In this document: positions 58,688 to 64,000 of the stretch, in pieces
How the letters are laid out: each line of letters begins with the position of its first letter
How positions within the stretch are numbered: the first letter of the stretch is position 1
Assembly (NCBI GenBank): GCA_021787445.1
Contig: JAJYLV010000005.1
Span: 14,083 to 78,082 of the forward strand
Reading direction: 5' to 3'
Source of the DNA: Chloroflexota bacterium
Lineage (GTDB): Bacteria > Chloroflexota > Limnocylindria > P2-11E
DNA: 64,000 nucleotides
Position numbers and translations under genes: made by a program
The notes under the pieces: generated by a model
Seen by the model: the letters and a program-made list of their open reading frames with translations, nothing else
Told to the model about the DNA's origin: nothing
The model's database searches: none

Positions 58688-59536
58688 CTAAGCGTCGCCG
58701 CTCCCTGAGGCGATGACCTGATCCGCATCCGCGCCCAATTCCCTCGTCCGCACATACGCCGCGTAGACGGCTCGCGACAGCACCGTGCGCAGCGAGCCCT
58801 TCTCGAGCTCGTAGAGCGCGGCGGCGCTCGTCCCTCCCGGCGAGGTGACCTGGTTACGGAGCTCGGCGAGGTGCCGGCCGCTCGCGCGCGCGAAGGCCGC
58901 GGAGCCCTCGACGGTGCGGAGGACGAGCTCCTCCGACACGCGGCGCGAGAAGCCGAGGTGGACGCCCGCGTCGACGAGCGCCTCCATGAGAAGGAACACG
59001 TAGGCGGGGCCCGTCCCCGAGAGGGCCGTCGCGCGGTCGACGTCCTGCTCCTCCTCGGCGTGGAGCACCTCGCCGAACGCGCCGAGGACGACGCGCGCGA
59101 GCTCGCGCTGCTCGGCCGTCGCCTCGGGCGTCGCGGTCCACACGCTCACGCCCATGCCCACCTGCGCGGGCGTGTTCGGCATCGAGCGGATGATGGCGCC
59201 GTGCGCGAGGCCGCCGCGCAGCGATCGCAGCGTCGCGCCCGCGACGATCGAGAGGACGAGCTGGCCCGCGTCGAGCTTCCCGTTGAGCTCGCGCATGACC
59301 GACGCCAGGACCTGCGGCTTCACGGAGAGGACGACGACGTCCGCGCCGCGCACGGCCTCGGCGTTCGACGCGAGCGCGCGCACGCCGAACCGCCTCGCGA
59401 GGTCCGCGCGGCGCTCACGCCGAGGTCCGGTCACGCTGACGCGCGACGCGGGCACGATGCGCTTCTCGAGCAGCCCGCGGATCATCGCCTCGGCCATCGT
59501 GCCGCCGCCGATGAAGGCGATGCGCTTCAGGGCCAT
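58688..59536 (-). CDS. proC: Pyrroline-5-carboxylate reductase
   Basis: IAFIGGGTMAEA Rossmann motif and the C-terminal P5CR motif (GGTSAAAL). ATG 59536 is preferred over the track GTG 59545. Confidence 0.92.
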   Translation of the reverse strand: MALKRIAFIGGGTMAEAMIRGLLEKRIVPASRVSVTGPRRERRADLARRFGVRALASNAEAVRGADVVVLSVKPQVLASVMRELNGKLDAGQLVLSIVAGATLRSLRGGLAHGAIIRSMPNTPAQVGMGVSVWTATPEATAEQRELARVVLGAFGEVLHAEEEQDVDRATALSGTGPAYVFLLMEALVDAGVHLGFSRRVSEELVLRTVEGSAAFARASGRHLAELRNQVTSPGGTSAAALYELEKGSLRTVLSRAVYAAYVRTRELGADADQVIASGSGDA

Positions 59537-59548
59537 GCGGCGCACATC

Positions 59549-60298
59549 CTAGGGGCGCGGCGCGCCCGCGACGCGCACCAGATCTCCGGCGACGAAGCAG
59601 CGCCGCGCGTCGATCCCGAAGCGGTCGTACGCGTACGCCGGGACGGCGATGTCCGCGAGGAGGAGGTCGCCGACGAAGGGACGCGCCCCGGGACCGACCA
59701 GCCCGGCCTTCGGAAGGCCGAGCGTGACCGTGGCCGCCGCGCGGATCGCGGCCCCGAGCGGAGCCCCCGTGTCGGGGTCGAGGCCGGAGGGGAGGTCGAC
59801 GGCGAGGATGGGCACGCGCGAGGCGTTCGCGGCGCGGATGAGCGTCTCGACGCTGCCTCGCGGCGCGCCCCGAACGCTGTAGCCGAGGAGGCCGTCGACG
59901 ATGAGCTCCGCCGCCTCGAGACGCGGATGGTCCGCGCCGACGTCGATCTCGATCCCCGCGCGTGCGGCGATGTCGTGCTGGCGCTTGTTCAGGTCGCCGT
60001 GCAGATCGTCGCGCGTCCCGCTGAGGACGCAGCGCACCGCGGCGCCCCATCCGTGAAGACGCCGCGCCGCGCCGAGGGCGTCGCCGCCGTTGTTGCCGCC
60101 GCCGGCGAGGCACACGACGCGCCTCCCGTCGACGCTGCCGCCGAGCAGCGCGCGCGCGGCGAGCGCGACGCCGCGCGCGGCGTTCTCCATGAGCATCTCG
60201 ATCGAGATCCCGATCTCCTCGACCGCGGCGCGGTCGATCTCGGCCATCTGCGCCGCGGTGACCGCGGGCACGCCGCGCGCGACCGGAAGCTCGATCAC
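59549..60298 (-). CDS. nnrE: NAD(P)H-hydrate epimerase (YjeF N-terminal domain only)
   Basis: CLAGGGNNGGDA motif; about 249 aa without the NnrD kinase-like domain. GTG 60298 overlaps the upstream TGA. Confidence 0.85.
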   Translation of the reverse strand: MIELPVARGVPAVTAAQMAEIDRAAVEEIGISIEMLMENAARGVALAARALLGGSVDGRRVVCLAGGGNNGGDALGAARRLHGWGAAVRCVLSGTRDDLHGDLNKRQHDIAARAGIEIDVGADHPRLEAAELIVDGLLGYSVRGAPRGSVETLIRAANASRVPILAVDLPSGLDPDTGAPLGAAIRAAATVTLGLPKAGLVGPGARPFVGDLLLADIAVPAYAYDRFGIDARRCFVAGDLVRVAGAPRP

Positions 60299-61413
60299 AG
60301 GACCGTGCCCGCGAACGGACGCCGGCCGGTGCGGAAGCGCTCGAGGGAAAGGTCCGAGATGTCGAGCGTCGTCGCCTTCCCGTCGAGCATCTCCTCGACG
60401 ATGAGCTGCGCCGTCGCGGGCGCGTGCATGAAGCCGTGCCCCGAGAAGCCGGCCGCGAGGTAGAGGCGCTCCAGGCCCGGAGCGGCGCCGAGCACGGGGT
60501 GGTCGTCCGGCGTGAGCTCGTACTGGCAGGTGCGGATCCTCGCGACGCGGAGGCCGGCGAGCCTCGGGTGGCGCCACGCGGCACGCTCCGTCACGGCCTC
60601 CGCGGTGAGGTCGGGCATCGCGAAGTGCTGCGCGCCGTCCACCGGCCGGAAGTGGAAGCCCGACTCGTGCTCGATGACCATGGGGATGGTCGCGAGGGCC
60701 GGGGTCGGCATCGACTCCGCGATGGAGCGCGGGAACGGACGGATGGGGACCTCCACGCCCGCGGTCGCGGCGAGCTCCGCCGTCCAGCACCCCGTCGCGA
60801 GCAGCACACGCTCCGCCGACACGTCGCCCTGCTCGGTGCGCACGCCGGCCACGCGGTCGCCCCTCCGCAGCAGCTCGGTCGCCGTCACCCCCTCGACGAC
60901 GCGCACGCCTTCGAGCACCGCGCTCGCGGCGAAGCCCGCGAGCGCGCCGAGCGCGTCGCCGTAGCCGTCCTGCGACCCGAAGCGCGCGCCGGCCAGGTCG
61001 TCGGTGCGGATCCCAGGGACGAGCTCCTCGACGTCGGCACGATCGAGCATGCGGACGTCGAGCCCGAGACGCTCGTAGAGCGGGAGCGGCTCCCTCAGCG
61101 TCGCGAGGCCGGCCGGCGTCGTCGCGAGGAAGAGGTAGCCGCGCTCCTCGACGCGCCACGCGCTGCCGGTGAACGACGAGAACTCGCGCCAGAACGCCGT
61201 CGCCAGCAGCGACATGCGGACGTCGATCTCGTCGACGAACTGGTGGCGGATGCCGCCCATGCCGCCCTTCGTCGTCCCCGCGCCGAGGCGGTCGCGCTCG
61301 AGGAGGAGGACACCCCTCTCGCCGCGGTCGCCGAGGAAGAACGCCGTCGCCGCCCCCACGATGCCCCCGCCGACGATGACCGTCGAGGCCGTCCGCGGGA
61401 GCTCGGAGCTCAC
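60295..61413 (-). CDS. FAD-dependent oxidoreductase (DAO / sarcosine oxidase beta-like)
   Basis: VIVGGGIVGAATAFFL dinucleotide motif and a GFSGHGF C-terminal motif. GTG 61413 overlaps the upstream TGA. Confidence 0.88.
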   Translation of the reverse strand: MSSELPRTASTVIVGGGIVGAATAFFLGDRGERGVLLLERDRLGAGTTKGGMGGIRHQFVDEIDVRMSLLATAFWREFSSFTGSAWRVEERGYLFLATTPAGLATLREPLPLYERLGLDVRMLDRADVEELVPGIRTDDLAGARFGSQDGYGDALGALAGFAASAVLEGVRVVEGVTATELLRRGDRVAGVRTEQGDVSAERVLLATGCWTAELAATAGVEVPIRPFPRSIAESMPTPALATIPMVIEHESGFHFRPVDGAQHFAMPDLTAEAVTERAAWRHPRLAGLRVARIRTCQYELTPDDHPVLGAAPGLERLYLAAGFSGHGFMHAPATAQLIVEEMLDGKATTLDISDLSLERFRTGRRPFAGTVL

Positions 61414-62249
61414 GCCGCGTCGATCTCCTCGAAGCGGTACCTGCCCTCGACGAGCGAGATCCGCCCGAAGCGCGGCACGTCGTGCGTGAAGCCGACGATC
61501 CAGCGCTCCTGTGCGGCGCGCGGGAGGATGGCCTTCTTGGTCGCCAGCGTGTCGAGCGGGTAGAGGTCCATCGCGCTGCTCCACGGCAGCGGCAGGTGGT
61601 GCCGGTCGGGCATCCAGTCCGACGTGAAGTACAGCGTCGTCCCGTCGGCGGAGATCCGCACGACCTGCGTCCCACGGGTGTGACCCTGGAGGCGCTCCAC
61701 GTGGAGCCCGGGAAGGAGCTCGGCGTCGCCGTCGATGAGCTCGAGCTTTCCCGTCGCCTCCAGCGGCGCGAAGTCGTCCGGAAGGTACGACCCGCGCGAC
61801 CTTTCGTTCGGCTCGACCGCGTCCTGCCACTCGAGGCGCTGCATGACGTAGGACGCGCGGGGGAACGTCGGGACGATCCGGTCGCCGTCGCGGTACGTGT
61901 TCCCGCCGGCGTGATCGAAGTGGAGGTGCGTGTTCGTCACGAGCGTGACCTCGTCGGGCCGCACGCCGCGCTTCGCGAGCTCGCCCAGGAGCGCCGGCGG
62001 CGTGTCGATGCCCCAGTTCCGCTGCTGCTTCTCGGTGAGCTTCGGCCCAGCCCCCGTCTCGACGAGGACGACGTGCCCGGCGCCGTCGCGGACGAGGAGG
62101 CAGTTCATGTCCATGGCGACGCGGTTCAGGTCGTCCGCGGGCTTCACCTTGGACCACAGGACCTTCGGGACGATCCCGAACATCATCCCGCCGTCGAGGC
62201 GGAAGATCCCGTCGCTGAAGATCTGGACGTCGTACTTCCCGATGCGCAC
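61410..62249 (-). CDS. MBL-fold metallo-hydrolase
   Basis: THLHFDHAGG (HxHxDH). The start is uncertain: GTG 62249, or in-frame ATA 62261, which lies 9 nt after AGGAGG. Confidence 0.85.
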   Translation of the reverse strand: MRIGKYDVQIFSDGIFRLDGGMMFGIVPKVLWSKVKPADDLNRVAMDMNCLLVRDGAGHVVLVETGAGPKLTEKQQRNWGIDTPPALLGELAKRGVRPDEVTLVTNTHLHFDHAGGNTYRDGDRIVPTFPRASYVMQRLEWQDAVEPNERSRGSYLPDDFAPLEATGKLELIDGDAELLPGLHVERLQGHTRGTQVVRISADGTTLYFTSDWMPDRHHLPLPWSSAMDLYPLDTLATKKAILPRAAQERWIVGFTHDVPRFGRISLVEGRYRFEEIDAA

Positions 62250-62323
62250 CTGAGGCAGTATGGCGGGCGACCTCCTTGGGGTCTCGCGACAGCGGGCGCG
62301 GCAGCTGAAGGCCGAGTAACGCG

Positions 62324-63232
62324 CTACGCCGCTTCGCCGACCTCCATCGTCGCCGGGCGGCGCAGCGTCGCGACGCGCACGCCGGCGAGGATGACCGCGC
62401 CGCCGAGGAGCTGGAGGGGCGCCGGCCGCTCGGCGAGCCACACCGCGGCGATGGCGAGCGCCGCGACGGGAACGAGGTAGCTCACCATCGACGCGACGCC
62501 CGCTCCGAAGCGTCGGACCGACCACTGGAAGAGGACGAACCCGACGATCGTCGCGAAGACGACGAGGTACGCGAGGAGGGCCCAGGCCGAGAGCGGCCAC
62601 GCCGGCACGTCGCGGTAGGCGTGCTCGGACAGGCCGAGGGGGAAGAGCATCGCGGCGCCGATGATCGAGGTGAGCGCGACGAGCGCGATCGGGGAGCGGT
62701 CGCGCATCGCGACGTGGCCGGCCACGCCGTACGCCGCCCAGCACGCCGCGCCGCCGAGCGCCATGAGGTCGGCGAGAAGGCGCTGCACCGAGAACCCGCC
62801 GCCCGCGGTCTGCGCCCCTACGATGACGAGCGCTCCGCCGATCGTCGCCACGGCGAAGCCCGCGGCCTTCGTTCCGGTCATGCGCTCGCCGATCGTGAGC
62901 GCCGCGACGGCGGTGAGGACGGGGATCGACGTCGGCACGATGAGCGCGCCGTCGGACGCGGGCGCCATCGTGAGCGCGACGAAGACGAGCGCGTTGTAGA
63001 GGAAGATCCCGAGGGCGGCCGCGAGGACGACGGCGCCGAGATCCTTTCGCCCCAGCGGGATGCGAAGGACGAGGCACACCGCGAGAAGGACGAGGCCGAC
63101 GAGCGCGAAGCGGATCGCCGACAGCTCGAGCGGCGGGACCTCGCCCACCGCGACCTTCCCGACCGGCCAGGTGCCGCCCCACGACAGCGCGATGGCGAGG
63201 TAGGCGAGGACGACAGGCAAGGCATCGCTCAT
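62324..63232 (-). CDS. EamA/DMT family transporter
   Basis: 302 aa, about 10 TM helices, duplicated EamA-type halves. Confidence 0.85.
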   Translation of the reverse strand: MSDALPVVLAYLAIALSWGGTWPVGKVAVGEVPPLELSAIRFALVGLVLLAVCLVLRIPLGRKDLGAVVLAAALGIFLYNALVFVALTMAPASDGALIVPTSIPVLTAVAALTIGERMTGTKAAGFAVATIGGALVIVGAQTAGGGFSVQRLLADLMALGGAACWAAYGVAGHVAMRDRSPIALVALTSIIGAAMLFPLGLSEHAYRDVPAWPLSAWALLAYLVVFATIVGFVLFQWSVRRFGAGVASMVSYLVPVAALAIAAVWLAERPAPLQLLGGAVILAGVRVATLRRPATMEVGEAA

Positions 63233-63297
63233 AACGGCGTCAGCGTATCGGTCGGTCGCGCGCCGCGCGCACGCTCCTCCCGATACGATGCGTCCCG

Positions 63298-64000
63298 ATG
63301 CGTCGGGTCCTCATCACCGGCATCACCGGATTCGCCGGGAGCCATCTCGCCGAGCGTCTCGTCGAGCGCGGCGACGACGTCCACGGCTTCTCCGTCGAGC
63401 CGCCCCCGCATCCGAACCTCGCGCGCGTGGCTGCGCGCGTCACGATCCACGGCGGTGACATCCTGGATGCGCAGGCCGTCCGCGCGGCCGCCCTCCGCGT
63501 CCGTCCGGAGATCCTGTACCACCTCGCCGGCCAGGCCGTGCCGACGAGCGCGAGCGCGGATCCGATCGGAGCGATACGGATCAACGTGCTCGGCTCGGCC
63601 AACGTCGCGGCGGCAGCGCGTGAGCTGGGGGACGTCCACCTCGTCGTCGCGTCGAGCGCCGACGTGTACGGGGTGCCGGACGAGATCCCGTCGCCGGAGA
63701 GCGCGCCGCTCCACCCCACGAACGTGTACGCGGCGACGAAGGTGGCGGCGGAGGCGATCTTCCGCGCGCCGCACGCCGGGCGCGTCACGATCCTGCGTCC
63801 GTGCAACCAGATCGGTCCGCGCCTCCATCCCCGCCTCGTCGCCTCCGAGTTCGCGAAGCGCATCGCCGAGGCGGAGGCCGGTCTGGCGGATCCGGTCGTG
63901 CGGCACGGACAGCTCGAGCCGCGGCGCGAGTTCCTCGACGTGCGCGACATGGCCGCCGCGTACGAAGCGGCGGCCGACATCGACGAGGGTGGGGTCACGA
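63298..64000 (+). CDS. NAD-dependent epimerase/dehydratase (SDR family), 3'-truncated by the window edge
   Basis: Not in the track because no stop is reached. MRRVLITGITGFAGSHL Rossmann motif and YAATK catalytic motif. High GC3, in contrast to the antisense track ORFs 63229..63906 and 63240..63998. Confidence 0.85.
   Translation, partial: MRRVLITGITGFAGSHLAERLVERGDDVHGFSVEPPPHPNLARVAARVTIHGGDILDAQAVRAAALRVRPEILYHLAGQAVPTSASADPIGAIRINVLGSANVAAAARELGDVHLVVASSADVYGVPDEIPSPESAPLHPTNVYAATKVAAEAIFRAPHAGRVTILRPCNQIGPRLHPRLVASEFAKRIAEAEAGLADPVVRHGQLEPRREFLDVRDMAAAYEAAADIDEGGVT

Noticed and set aside
58150-58716. 188-aa plus-strand ORF overlapping the hypothetical gene 58223..58669
   Set aside because: It is in a different frame with poor third-position GC. 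The 58223 frame has the coding signature.
63229-63998. Two overlapping minus-strand ORFs (225 and 252 aa)
   Set aside because: The plus strand encodes a clear SDR epimerase/dehydratase (TGITGFAGSHL, YAATK) that runs off the window and is therefore missing from the track. The minus-strand products are Arg-rich artefacts.

Overview
This is a 64-kb, visibly very GC-rich and very gene-dense chromosomal segment; GC content was not computed, but codon third positions are almost all G/C. I call about 66 protein genes. I recognised no rRNA, tRNA, CRISPR array, transposase, integrase or phage gene. The backbone is housekeeping and follows the Bacillus-type order as I recall it: rpsT ... lepA-hemW ... 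hrcA-grpE-dnaK-dnaJ-prmA-rsmE ... rpsU-yqeY-phoH-pgpH-ybeY. This order is interrupted by several blocks: sugar use and glycolysis (GH38 fragment, orphan MsiK-type ATPase, ROK kinase, gap-pgk-eno, galK-galU); nitrogen (amtB, type II glutamine synthetase); pth-mfd; nucleotide salvage; the SAM cycle (ahcY-metK); a peptide-type ABC importer; an ABC-2 exporter with a GAF histidine kinase and OmpR-type regulator; and Crp, GGDEF-EAL and PgpH signalling genes. Many neighbouring genes are joined by 4-nt stop/start overlaps. Most long track ORFs lying antisense to or out of frame with these genes are artefacts of the high GC content. No clear-cut novel system such as a defence island was found. The items most worth a second look are: (1) an 803-aa protein with tandem DUF4388-like modules, stop/start-coupled between the orphan sugar ATPase and the ROK kinase, directly upstream of gap-pgk-eno. 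(2) Several conserved genes whose N-termini can only be encoded from CTG (in CTGA overlaps) or ATA (after a Shine-Dalgarno sequence). (3) A 35-aa bL37-like ORF absent from the ORF track, overlapping the tail of a sigma-region-4-like HTH gene. (4) A fully disordered K/R/T-rich histone-H1-like protein. (5) A 42-aa membrane ORF where glnK would be expected, plus GTTCC repeats between amtB and glnII. All family assignments come from motif recognition by eye and memory; no searches were run.
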